Shown one piece after another: positions 17,170 through 26,371 of a DNA stretch of 64,000 nt. This DNA comes from a virus. The stretch lies in the IMG/VR virus record IMGVR_UViG_3300030104_004642, positions 1-64,000 of that record; one strand, 5' to 3'. Within the stretch, counting starts at the first letter, position 1. Each line of letters begins with the position of its first letter. The notes beneath the pieces were generated by a model. The model was not told where the DNA came from. It did no database searches and saw only the letters and a program-made list of their open reading frames with translations. The position numbers and the translations under genes are program-made.

Positions 17170-17241
17170 CAGGTCCACTAGGAATCGAACCTAGAATAAC
17201 TGCTTAGAAGGCAGTAGTTATATCCGTTTAACTATGGACCC
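17170..17241 (-). tRNA. tRNA-Arg(TCT)
   Basis: GGGTCCA/TGGACCT acceptor; ACTGC-CTTCTAA-GCAGT anticodon arm; GGTTCGATTCC T-arm. Confidence 0.9.
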
Positions 17242-17315
17242 AGATGATGGTTCCTATCGCCGCTAACCCTGAACCACCAAGGGGGTCACCGCAGTGGTCT
17301 CTCAACCACCCTTTA

Positions 17316-17344
17316 ACTATAATACATTGACCAGTCCCTGTCAA
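17316..17344 (-). promoter_or_regulatory. sigma70-type promoter for the tRNA/ncRNA region
   Basis: TTGACA-17 nt-TATAGT. Confidence 0.7.
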
Positions 17345-17589
17345 GGGGTGTCAATCTGAGAACTGGTCAGGTAGTATGCCTCACAGTATTTTACAATACC
17401 TGCTGTATGCATGTTGCCCTGTGAGACCCAATCATTAGCACATTCATAGATTGCTCTTGTGCTGTATTTTGGTAGGGATCCTTCCATTTGTCCACCAAAC
17501 TTAGCAAGCAGAACCTTGAGTGCCTGTTCCCTCACCTTCATTTTTTGATCACTATATCTCCAATCATCCATGGAATTTTTCTGAATCAT
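17341..17589 (-). CDS. conserved cyanophage hypothetical protein
   Basis: 82 aa ORF, ATGA-coupled. Confidence 0.65.
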   Translation of the reverse strand: MIQKNSMDDWRYSDQKMKVREQALKVLLAKFGGQMEGSLPKYSTRAIYECANDWVSQGNMHTAGIVKYCEAYYLTSSQIDTP

Positions 17590-18146
17590 GAGAGGATAAA
17601 TTTTGCTTTATACTCATGTGAATAAATCTCCCTGTTACCCTTGATACCCCATCCTAACCAGTAGTATGCAGGAGCCATATACTGAGAGATAGAGAATCCA
17701 TGTCCTTCAAACTCAGGGAGGTATTTCTGAAAGATTGGTTCATTAATCATGTATCTGGTTTGACACTTGAATTCACTAGGATCACAACCATACTTCTTAG
17801 CAAAGAGTCCAAGTCCTTTGTGTCTACCTATTGAGGTCCACTGAATAATCCCATAGCCACCACTATGGCAATCGAGGTAAGAAACTCTGCTCCCTCCCTC
17901 GCATATGTTGGAAATAAACTTGCTCTCCTGTTTAATATTGCCCATGATCGCAGCAAGGGCATTAGGATCACTAATCTTTGTTTTTTCTTGGAGTTGTTCC
18001 AGGACATGTTTTTCTTCTGGTGTGCAACTTGGACACTTCCAAGTTTCTACATAAGGTTCTACAACAACCTCTATTGGTTCTACAGACCTCTGCTCTTCTA
18101 AGGATTGAGGCAGACCTGCCAATAGTGTAAAAAGTTCAAGAATCAT
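17586..18146 (-). CDS. phage tail-lysozyme-like domain protein
   Basis: AAIMGNIKQES and GYGIIQWT motifs; start taken at MILE. Confidence 0.7.
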   Translation of the reverse strand: MILELFTLLAGLPQSLEEQRSVEPIEVVVEPYVETWKCPSCTPEEKHVLEQLQEKTKISDPNALAAIMGNIKQESKFISNICEGGSRVSYLDCHSGGYGIIQWTSIGRHKGLGLFAKKYGCDPSEFKCQTRYMINEPIFQKYLPEFEGHGFSISQYMAPAYYWLGWGIKGNREIYSHEYKAKFILS

Positions 18147-18600
18147 GGGGGAAATAATCTTTGCGGTAATAACGACCAAGGATGTTGCTATTATAAAAGG
18201 CAGGCGTCCCATCTGTCAAGCTCTCAACTAAGACATTATTTAGGAACAGCTGCCTGGTTTCCTCATAGTTGACCTTGCCAGGGGTCAGATGTAGGGAGAG
18301 GATAGTTCTGCTAAAGGAACTACGTCCAAACTTTTCAACATCTTGCTTAAGCTCTGGACAACTTCCATAGTAGAGGCGCCAGTTACTTTCAGACGTAACT
18401 CTTGTCCTTCGTTTATTTTTAGCAGTATTTCTAGGCTTTCGTTTTTGCCAAAAATACTTTCTCCCAATGTACTGTCGTTGGTTCTGGAGATTGGTAATGT
18501 TATAAACAAACCCATAGTGGTCCCCAACATCGCTCCCACCAAAGCAGGTGCCCATATAGATCCAGGGATTTTCATACTCAGACTCCTTACTCTCTTCCAC
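18136..18600 (-). CDS. GIY-YIG family endonuclease
   Basis: GFVYNITN...YIGRK, YYGS, E and YN motifs. Confidence 0.8.
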   Translation of the reverse strand: MEESKESEYENPWIYMGTCFGGSDVGDHYGFVYNITNLQNQRQYIGRKYFWQKRKPRNTAKNKRRTRVTSESNWRLYYGSCPELKQDVEKFGRSSFSRTILSLHLTPGKVNYEETRQLFLNNVLVESLTDGTPAFYNSNILGRYYRKDYFPHDS

Positions 18601-18737
18601 ATAATTTTTTCATTTCAGTTTTATATATATCATTCTCATGGAAATGATAATCATCAATCTTTTTTGCTTTTACTTTTTGATTAAATCCATTGAAGGGAGT
18701 AAGAGGTTCAATCTCCTCCATCTCCCACCAAATCTGC

Positions 18738-19934
18738 TCAAAGCTTGAATCCTGAGAAGGTGTCTTTCTTGACATCCTGCTTGATTCCTCCAACAACATA
18801 ACTCTCTACCTCTGTCTCTTGTGGTGCTACCTGAAGACCCTTGGAGGAGATCCAGTGTTGGGTCCATGGTAATGGATTAGCATTAGCTGCTACATCATAC
18901 ATGGGTTTCATACCAAGTGCCTTAAGTCTGCGGTTAGCAGTCCACTCAACATACTTCTTAAGGAGTGCATCATTGAGACCAATCATACTACCATCCCTGA
19001 ACAGGTAGTCTGCCCATGCCCTCTCCTCATTGACTGCCCTATCAAACATGGCATAAACATTCTCTACCTCTTCCTGAGCAATCTCCTTCATCATAGGATC
19101 ATCACCCTCTCTCCACTTCTTCAAAATGTTTTGGGTGATGGCAAGGTGTTGGTTCTCGTCTCTTGCAATAAGGGAGATAATCTTTGCTGATCCCTCCATA
19201 AGCTTAAGTTCACCAAAGGCAAAACTACAAGCAAAAGAAACATAAAACCTAATACCTTCCAGTATGTTGACATTAGCAACTGCCCTGTAAAGTTTTCTCT
19301 TGACCTCTTTGAGTTCAATCTGACCCATGATGTGTCCTTCATTATTCATCTCCCACATGGTACTAGTACCATATTCTTGGGCAGCATTAATGAACTCATC
19401 ATAGGCACCAGTCACACTAGCAGCACGCTCAAGGATGCGTTCATCATAAAGGATCTTATCAAAGACCTCTGCTGGATCAGGATAAACATTCTTGATGATA
19501 TATGTGTATGACCTGCTATGGATCATTTCCATAAATCCCCAAACTTCCATGCAAGATTCAAGCTCAGGTAGTGAACAGTATGGAATGAAAGCCATACCAG
19601 GACCACGACCTTGTACGGAGTCCAGGAGGATCTGGTACTTAAGGTTGCTGGTATAAATGTGTTTTTGTTCTGGTCTGAGCGTTTGGTAGTCTCCACGATC
19701 TTTCTGCAGTGAAACTTCTTCAGGTCTCCAAAAGTATCCCAACTGTTGAGTTGTTAGTTTCTCAAAGATGGGATACTTATAGGAGTCATATCTTTGGACA
19801 CCAAGTGGCTGTCCAAAGAACATTGGTTGCTTTTTGTAGTCATGGGGAGTGCTGTTAAAGACAGTCATTCCCTTGACTTTCCTATCCTCTTTAGTTGTAC
19901 TGTTCATGCTTACCTTAAACTGCACAGGATTCAC
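18738..19934 (-). CDS. nrdB: ribonucleotide reductase class Ia beta subunit
   Basis: FWRPEEV, DSVQGR, EMIHSRSY, EGIRFYVSFACSFAF, RDENQH, VAPQETE. Confidence 0.97.
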   Translation of the reverse strand: MNPVQFKVSMNSTTKEDRKVKGMTVFNSTPHDYKKQPMFFGQPLGVQRYDSYKYPIFEKLTTQQLGYFWRPEEVSLQKDRGDYQTLRPEQKHIYTSNLKYQILLDSVQGRGPGMAFIPYCSLPELESCMEVWGFMEMIHSRSYTYIIKNVYPDPAEVFDKILYDERILERAASVTGAYDEFINAAQEYGTSTMWEMNNEGHIMGQIELKEVKRKLYRAVANVNILEGIRFYVSFACSFAFGELKLMEGSAKIISLIARDENQHLAITQNILKKWREGDDPMMKEIAQEEVENVYAMFDRAVNEERAWADYLFRDGSMIGLNDALLKKYVEWTANRRLKALGMKPMYDVAANANPLPWTQHWISSKGLQVAPQETEVESYVVGGIKQDVKKDTFSGFKL

Positions 19935-22215
19935 ACTCCCCCTCCTCTACTTGTTCTAATTCGTTTAGTAGACTATTTAGATTTGCTGAATTGTCCTCCT
20001 CAACCTCATCACTCTTCATGTCATGAGTATTCTGATAGTAGGAGGTCTTCCAACCATACTTGTAAGTGGTCAGCAGATCATTTGCCATCTGGGATACGGG
20101 CACTTCATTGTCTGGGTAGTCCTCTGGATTATAGGACCAATTACCTGAGATTGCTTGGTCAAAAAACTTTTGCATCACAGAAACGATATTGATGTAACCC
20201 TCATTACCACCCATTTCCCACAGCAGGGTGTAGCTATTTTTCAGGGTTGTATAAGATGGTACAATCTGTTTAAGAGGCCCCTTCTTGGACTTCTTGATTG
20301 ACAGGAAGTCTCTGGGTGGTTCAATTCCATTGGTGGCGTTTGAGACAACACTGCTGCTCTCTGATGGCATTTGTGCTGAGAGCGTTGAGTGTCTAAGACC
20401 ATACTCTGAGATAGAATTACGTAAGCCATCCCAATCATGTTGCAACTCCTGAGATGAAATCTCATCCACATCCTTCTTGTATGTATCAATTGGTAGGATA
20501 CCATCAGAATATTTTGTTCTACCAAAGTATTCACAATGTCCCTTCTCCTGTGCCAGTTGGTTTGAGGATTTCAACAGATAATACTGGAAGGATTCAGACA
20601 ATCCATGAACAGCATCCCATGCCTCCTGTGAACCATAAGAATATCCAAGTTTAGCAAGGTAGTGTGCCAGTCCAATAAATCCAATTCCAAGGGATCTACG
20701 TGCCTTTGTAGCAACCTCAGCAGCAGTAACAGGATATTCCTGGTAGTCAATCAGTTCTTCTAGTCCTCTCACTGCCAGATCACAAAGATCCTCAAGTTCA
20801 TCATCATTTCTCACCTTACCAACATTGATGGCAGATAAGATGCAAAGGGCAATCTCACCTGTATGATCATCAATATGCTGTAAGGGGTAGGTAGGAAGTG
20901 TGATTTCCTGACACAGATTACTCATCTCAACCTTGTCCTTGAAGGATGAGTGTGAGTTACAGTGATCAATGTTCATCAGATAGAGACGACCTGTCTCTGC
21001 CCTTTCCTTCAGTAGATTAAGAAAGAGTTCCTGAGCTCCCACAGTTTTTCTTGGTACAGATTCATCTGCCTCATAGCGTGTATAAAGCTCATCGAACCTA
21101 TCAGTACCAAAAGCATCAAAAAGCCCAGGCACATCATGAGGACTGAATAGGGATATCTCTCCGTTTTGGATGAATCTTTCGTAAAATAGTTTTGAAAGTT
21201 GAATTGAGTAGTCAAGTTTTCTTACCCTGTTATCTTCTGTTCCCTTATTATTCTTCAGAACAATAATATCTTCTATCTCCTGATGCCAGATGGGGAAGTG
21301 TACTGTTGCTGATCCACCTCTGATTCCGTTTTGCGTGCAGCATCGTACAGTAGATTCAAATTTTTTAAGGAAAGGAACAACACCAGTGTGTTGAACTTCT
21401 CCACCTCTGATTTTACTGTTGATGCCACGGATTCTCCCTGCGTTGATACCAATTCCAGCCCTCTGTGCAACATAACGACCAATGGCCATATCAGAACTAA
21501 AAATGCTATCCAGGGTGTCATCAACATCAACGAGAACACAACTCGCAAATTGACGCAAGGGCGTTCTAACTCCCGCCATGATTGGGGTTGGAATGTTGAG
21601 TTTGTGTTTACTGATTGCGTCATAGTACCTCTTAACGTATGACATTCTGGTTGCTTTGGGATAGTCCCTGAAAATAGTCAGGGCAATCATCATATACATG
21701 AACTGGGGTGTCTCAAATACCTCGCTAGAACTTCTATCCTGCACTAGGTATTTATCCACAACCTGCCTAAGACCAGCGTATGTGAACAGGAAATCCCTAT
21801 CATGATCAATGAATATATCTGCTTTTTCAATCTCTTCTTTGGAATACTTTACAAAGATATCCTTGTCATACAGATCATCATATGCTTTCTCTGTAATATG
21901 ATCAATCAATGAGGGTAGTGTTCTCATTCTGCCATACATCTGCTTCCTTATAGCAAACAGGAGGAGTCTGGCAGCAACAAATTGATAGTTAGGATGTTCC
22001 AGATCAATCAGGTCAGAAGCACTCTTGATCAGGATTTCCTGAATTTCATTTGTGGTAATACCATCATAAAATTGGATACCAGAAGTCATCTCCACTTGAC
22101 TGGCAGAGACCCCTGAAAGACCCTTGGTTGCCTCTTCAACCATCAAATGCATCTTATCTAGGTCAAGAGGTTCAACTCTACCATCTCTTTTTTTAACCTT
22201 AGTGCCATTACTCAT
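19915..22215 (-). CDS. nrdA: ribonucleotide reductase class Ia alpha subunit
   Basis: ATP cone (VKKRDG), PTPIMAG, SCVL, SNLCQEI, TSYY, C-terminal CESC. Confidence 0.97.
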   Translation of the reverse strand: MSNGTKVKKRDGRVEPLDLDKMHLMVEEATKGLSGVSASQVEMTSGIQFYDGITTNEIQEILIKSASDLIDLEHPNYQFVAARLLLFAIRKQMYGRMRTLPSLIDHITEKAYDDLYDKDIFVKYSKEEIEKADIFIDHDRDFLFTYAGLRQVVDKYLVQDRSSSEVFETPQFMYMMIALTIFRDYPKATRMSYVKRYYDAISKHKLNIPTPIMAGVRTPLRQFASCVLVDVDDTLDSIFSSDMAIGRYVAQRAGIGINAGRIRGINSKIRGGEVQHTGVVPFLKKFESTVRCCTQNGIRGGSATVHFPIWHQEIEDIIVLKNNKGTEDNRVRKLDYSIQLSKLFYERFIQNGEISLFSPHDVPGLFDAFGTDRFDELYTRYEADESVPRKTVGAQELFLNLLKERAETGRLYLMNIDHCNSHSSFKDKVEMSNLCQEITLPTYPLQHIDDHTGEIALCILSAINVGKVRNDDELEDLCDLAVRGLEELIDYQEYPVTAAEVATKARRSLGIGFIGLAHYLAKLGYSYGSQEAWDAVHGLSESFQYYLLKSSNQLAQEKGHCEYFGRTKYSDGILPIDTYKKDVDEISSQELQHDWDGLRNSISEYGLRHSTLSAQMPSESSSVVSNATNGIEPPRDFLSIKKSKKGPLKQIVPSYTTLKNSYTLLWEMGGNEGYINIVSVMQKFFDQAISGNWSYNPEDYPDNEVPVSQMANDLLTTYKYGWKTSYYQNTHDMKSDEVEEDNSANLNSLLNELEQVEEGECESCAV

Positions 22216-23198
22216 ATTTTTTTCCAGGTGTTGAATTTAAGTTTTGCTTGTAGACCTGTATATGTGTTTGATTCTACTACTTTCTGAACATTGTGTCCAG
22301 CAAGAACCATATCATTTAGGTCTTTTTCATGAATGTCAGAAGGCCAGATAACTACCTTCTCCCCTCTCTCAATGACGTCACTGATCCTTCTTGTAATCTC
22401 TCTACTACGGGGTTCGTTATCAAATACCCAACAGCAATCGTTGATACCCCAATCACGCTGAACAAGATCAGCTCCACACATAGCAATCGCATTAGAAAGG
22501 AACGTTGAGTCAAACGGTCCTTCAGTGATATAGACAGTAGATTCTGAGTCAGCATTGTCAAGTCCATAAATTTTGGGGGCATCATCATCTAACATGATGG
22601 TTAAGTATTTAATAGGGTTGGAAGATAGTGCTCTTCCCTGAACCCCTATAAGTTGTTCATCCCTGACAAGAGGGATAACAATTCTTGGTTCACCAAATCT
22701 GGTGTCATCAAATGAGTTGGGTTTAATTTTATTGGCAAATTCCTGGAAGTTTTCAGCATAATAAAACTTACCATCAAATATTGCTCTGCTGGTCAAGTAG
22801 TGTTTTGATTTCTCCACAGAAAATGCTGATGGAAGATCAATCATAGACTTCTTGAATACAGGTTTCTTAGATAATCTATTGAAGATATCTTCTGGTTCTT
22901 CTGTTTGGAAGTTCTTTCCAGCATGTCCTTCCTTGAACTTCTCAAAGACATAATGCTTATGACTCTGAGGGTCAATCTGCTTCAAGAAGTTGTTAAAGGA
23001 CATATTCACACCACAATTATGACACTTGTAGTTGGTGTTATTCTTTATCCTGTAAAGATAACCACGTGCCTTGTTCTTGTTCTTCTGTGAGTCACCACAT
23101 ATGGGACACCTTAGATTATAAAGATGTGGTTTTACCTTTTTAAACTTCTGGAATCTTGATGATATCAGATTGATATATTTGATATCAATGAAATCCAT
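22212..23198 (-). CDS. gp61: DNA primase
   Basis: RCPICGDS, CHNCG zinc finger; TEGPFDS, FDNEPR, KDLND TOPRIM motifs. Confidence 0.95.
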   Translation of the reverse strand: MDFIDIKYINLISSRFQKFKKVKPHLYNLRCPICGDSQKNKNKARGYLYRIKNNTNYKCHNCGVNMSFNNFLKQIDPQSHKHYVFEKFKEGHAGKNFQTEEPEDIFNRLSKKPVFKKSMIDLPSAFSVEKSKHYLTSRAIFDGKFYYAENFQEFANKIKPNSFDDTRFGEPRIVIPLVRDEQLIGVQGRALSSNPIKYLTIMLDDDAPKIYGLDNADSESTVYITEGPFDSTFLSNAIAMCGADLVQRDWGINDCCWVFDNEPRSREITRRISDVIERGEKVVIWPSDIHEKDLNDMVLAGHNVQKVVESNTYTGLQAKLKFNTWKKI

Positions 23199-23587
23199 TA
23201 ACTACCAGTAGCACCTCTCTGTATTGTAGGTGGTTCTGGTGCTGGTGTCAAGATCTTACTGACAATTCCATTGTTGTTAAAGACAAAAGTGAGAACAGCA
23301 AGACCTCCCACAGCCATCCAAACCCTCTTCTCTAATCCACGTAATCTTGACAGCACACTGTCATGATCTGCGTCCATTTTATCACGCAGTTTGTCAATCT
23401 TTGTAAAGAGTACAGTGTCAATTTCTTCTTGTTTAGTAATTCGTTCTTCATGGACAGCAAGCATTCTGCTAACTGTTGTATTTACCTCAGATAATTTCTC
23501 TATTGCGGCATCAATCCTGAGGACAATGGGTTTCAAATCCTCAATCTTCTGCTCTAAAACTGCCAGTTTAACTTGATTTTCTTCCAC
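23198..23587 (-). CDS. coiled-coil protein with C-terminal TM
   Basis: 129 aa, GTG start; MLAVHEERI motif; TM near the C-terminus. Confidence 0.7.
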   Translation of the reverse strand: MEENQVKLAVLEQKIEDLKPIVLRIDAAIEKLSEVNTTVSRMLAVHEERITKQEEIDTVLFTKIDKLRDKMDADHDSVLSRLRGLEKRVWMAVGGLAVLTFVFNNNGIVSKILTPAPEPPTIQRGATGS

Positions 23588-23771
23588 TTGGAGTCCAGTT
23601 TTTTCTTAATCCCCTTTGGAAAATATATCTCTTCTTCTTTCTCACTGGTGGATCATCACCTGCCTCAACAGATCCAGCAATCTTTCCACCACTAATATTA
23701 TTGGCTGGCATACCAACTGCATCTTCTTTAAGAGATCTTACAATATCAATAATCCTATCAATCCTTTGCAT
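23568..23771 (-). CDS. small conserved hypothetical protein
   Basis: Start MQRIDRII; LKE motif followed by PANN..G.IAG. Confidence 0.6.
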   Translation of the reverse strand: MQRIDRIIDIVRSLKEDAVGMPANNISGGKIAGSVEAGDDPPVRKKKRYIFQRGLRKNWTPSGRKSS

Positions 23772-24144
23772 TTGTAATCCTCTTGAGTTCTTTGAGACAG
23801 TTCTCATCAATATCTAAATCATGAATATATGAGTGTGGATGATCAGGCAATCTATTCAAAAAACATATGAAAGTTTTGATTACATCCCAGTAATCTCTTT
23901 CAATCTTATAGAACAGCATAGGTGTTGCTGCTTCACCAAACAAATTGTACAAAATTATGAAGTGATTTATAAGCAAATGAGACCTCAAATCCCCATTGTT
24001 GCGATACCTTTTGAGCAATCTTTTGATGTACTTAAAGTGATTTAAGTCCTTATCAAAATCCTCTCTGGTTACAGCATGGGGATTTTCATAATGTTTAATT
24101 GCAAAGATGAGAAAGTTTTTCTCATTCAACTCAGTAAATCTCAT
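23758..24144 (-). CDS. conserved T4-like hypothetical protein
   Basis: F..L.E.NFLIFAIKHYENP...FKYIKRL...LINH. Confidence 0.8.
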   Translation of the reverse strand: MRFTELNEKNFLIFAIKHYENPHAVTREDFDKDLNHFKYIKRLLKRYRNNGDLRSHLLINHFIILYNLFGEAATPMLFYKIERDYWDVIKTFICFLNRLPDHPHSYIHDLDIDENCLKELKRITNAKD

Positions 24145-24150
24145 AACCCA

Positions 24151-24687
24151 TTATGAAGGCAATACAGAACCAGTTGCTTGAGTGTTGGTGCTAATACCAG
24201 ACATTGCTACCAATACTTCACTCTTAACTCTAAGGTTACCATGAGCATCCATATAGGTCTGAATGCCAACCCAACCAGCATGAGCAGGAGCATACTGGGT
24301 GCCAGCTCTTGCTGCTTGAATATCCTCATTTACACCATATACCTTGGAGGTATAATCTCTCTCAGCATTGGAGGATGTAGGAGCAAATTCAGGATCAACA
24401 ATGTTGGATACAGGTCTGTCACCAACAATGAAGGCATCAGCAGAACCCAGATGAGTATTTGTTGCCTGCTCCACTGAAGGAGTAGTAATAGTCATGGCAG
24501 TATCACTTGTGATTTCTGTGATTACACCAAAACCAGAAGTCATACCAACACCAAGTGTCAAGGTTTGACCCACACTGTAATTAGTGAAAGTAGTGCCAGT
24601 TCCAGTTACAGCTCCAGTAACGCCATTTACAGATACTTGACCACCGCTAGCAGTCAATACATTATCATTATTACCCCATAAAGCCAT
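24151..24687 (-). CDS. putative virion structural protein
   Basis: MALWG start, HAGWV and RVKSEVLVAM motifs; late promoter upstream. Confidence 0.7.
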   Translation of the reverse strand: MALWGNNDNVLTASGGQVSVNGVTGAVTGTGTTFTNYSVGQTLTLGVGMTSGFGVITEITSDTAMTITTPSVEQATNTHLGSADAFIVGDRPVSNIVDPEFAPTSSNAERDYTSKVYGVNEDIQAARAGTQYAPAHAGWVGIQTYMDAHGNLRVKSEVLVAMSGISTNTQATGSVLPS

Positions 24688-24717
24688 GTGACTTACCCTG
24701 AATTTCTTGTATAAAGA

Positions 24718-24725
24718 TATTTATA
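24718..24725 (-). promoter_or_regulatory. T4-type late promoter
   Basis: TATAAATA. Confidence 0.75.
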
Positions 24726-24728
24726 AAA

Positions 24729-24929
24729 TCATTCCTCTCTTGCTTTGATTGCCTTTGTGACAACTTCAAGCAGTTGATCATCCATATCAGTCTTTGTCAA
24801 CTTAACAGCCTTAGCAAGAATAGCAAGACAGATCTCAACCATTTTCTCACCAAGTTCTTCATTCTCAGGAATTTTTTCAACAGCTTCTTTGATAATCTTG
24901 GAAGCCAGGGGAAGCAGAAATGAAAGCAT
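24729..24929 (-). CDS. conserved small hypothetical protein
   Basis: 66 aa helical ORF. Confidence 0.65.
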   Translation of the reverse strand: MLSFLLPLASKIIKEAVEKIPENEELGEKMVEICLAILAKAVKLTKTDMDDQLLEVVTKAIKAREE

Positions 24930-24947
24930 AATAGTGGTGCTACTGCA

Positions 24948-25148
24948 CTATATATGATTCATAAACTCCTTAAATGTTTTCTTCTCAGGAAGTTTCTTGT
25001 GCTTGGTAGAAGCAAAGTCCTTAGCATCTTTCTTCTTAATTGATGCTGCTGCCTTAGCAACCTCAGGTGATGGGTTAGTCATCTCACCTTTCTTGGTGGC
25101 ATAGACCATACCCATAAACCTTTGTTGCGCCTTAGATACGGCAGGCAT
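24948..25148 (-). CDS. small basic protein (DUF3008-like)
   Basis: MPAVSKAQQRFMG...DFASTKHKKLPEKK. Confidence 0.65.
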   Translation of the reverse strand: MPAVSKAQQRFMGMVYATKKGEMTNPSPEVAKAAASIKKKDAKDFASTKHKKLPEKKTFKEFMNHI

Positions 25149-26359
25149 TACTTTTTCTTGGTATTAATCAAGGCACCTTTGCCATATCTTTTGATAATGT
25201 CATCCCTAACCTTATCTACAGCCCTTTGTTTTGCCTTGGGATCAGATGGTTTCTTACCAAATGTGTTGGGTTTACCAGGTGCTCTCTTGTAATCTACATT
25301 ACCATCAACACCACCCCTCTCCATCCTTCTATCCTTCATTGCATCTGATGCTTCCTCAGAGGCAAACTCTTCCTTACGGGTATCACCTCTTAGGGGTTTT
25401 TCTCCCATCCTACGACGTGCCTTGTTTCCAGCGCCCTGATCACCATATCCTGCATATCTGGCACCCTTTCCACCAGTTGATTTCTTTTCATAAGAATCAG
25501 TTCCAGGTCCATCATTACGGACTGCCACATTATGTGCAGTTGCACGATCTCTGGCAGATGCGTTTTGATCATACTGCTTTTGTGCTATTTTTCTCTGACG
25601 TGGACCAGGACGCATTGCCTCATCAACCTCATCCTCTTGTAATGAATGGGGGATCTTGGCATTAAATGCCTTTCTGAAGAATTCATCCATACTCTTTTTG
25701 GTCTCCTTATCAAGACCTTCCTTCATTCTTGCTTCCCTTTTTGCCTTTGTCTTGGCAAGTAATCTTGCTTTAGCGGCATCCTGTTCCTTCTTTGGAATAG
25801 GAGTAACAGCACCAACTTTCTGATCAATTTCACCCATACCATAACCCTCACCAACTGCTTTGGTAGGAGCATCTTTATTTTTATCAGTAGATGCCTTAGC
25901 AACCTCCCTCCTTCTATCCCTTGCAATCTGCATATCAATCTGGGATCTTCTTTTTTGAAGTTGAATCTCCTTAGGACTCATGGATTCATCAACCTCTACC
26001 TCCTCAACCATCTCAACAATCTCACCACCAAGCGCTTCAATTGCCTCTTTCATCCCAATAGTTGGGTTGATAGTAATCTTATTCTTTACTTTCTTTTCCT
26101 TGATAGTCTTCTCATTAGTTTCACCATCAACAACCTCACTAATTTCTGATCTCCAATCAGACTTAGGAGTTCTCCACTTATTCTCAGACAACCCAAGTGA
26201 ACTCTTTACAGCAGATCTTTCAGTGGCACTAATACCAGACTGACTTCCCATGAAGTCATTAAATGCCTTCATCAGATTGCCCTCTTTGCGTGCCTTATAT
26301 CTGATGGATTTGGTCATTGATCTGACCCTACCCTTCACAGCTTCTGGGGAGTTATCCAT
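25148..26359 (-). CDS. charged modular protein, possible internal head protein
   Basis: 403 aa, K/E-rich, short modules separated by [LIVM]xE motifs. Confidence 0.6.
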   Translation of the reverse strand: MDNSPEAVKGRVRSMTKSIRYKARKEGNLMKAFNDFMGSQSGISATERSAVKSSLGLSENKWRTPKSDWRSEISEVVDGETNEKTIKEKKVKNKITINPTIGMKEAIEALGGEIVEMVEEVEVDESMSPKEIQLQKRRSQIDMQIARDRRREVAKASTDKNKDAPTKAVGEGYGMGEIDQKVGAVTPIPKKEQDAAKARLLAKTKAKREARMKEGLDKETKKSMDEFFRKAFNAKIPHSLQEDEVDEAMRPGPRQRKIAQKQYDQNASARDRATAHNVAVRNDGPGTDSYEKKSTGGKGARYAGYGDQGAGNKARRRMGEKPLRGDTRKEEFASEEASDAMKDRRMERGGVDGNVDYKRAPGKPNTFGKKPSDPKAKQRAVDKVRDDIIKRYGKGALINTKKK

Positions 26360-26371
26360 AAGTCTAGAAAT

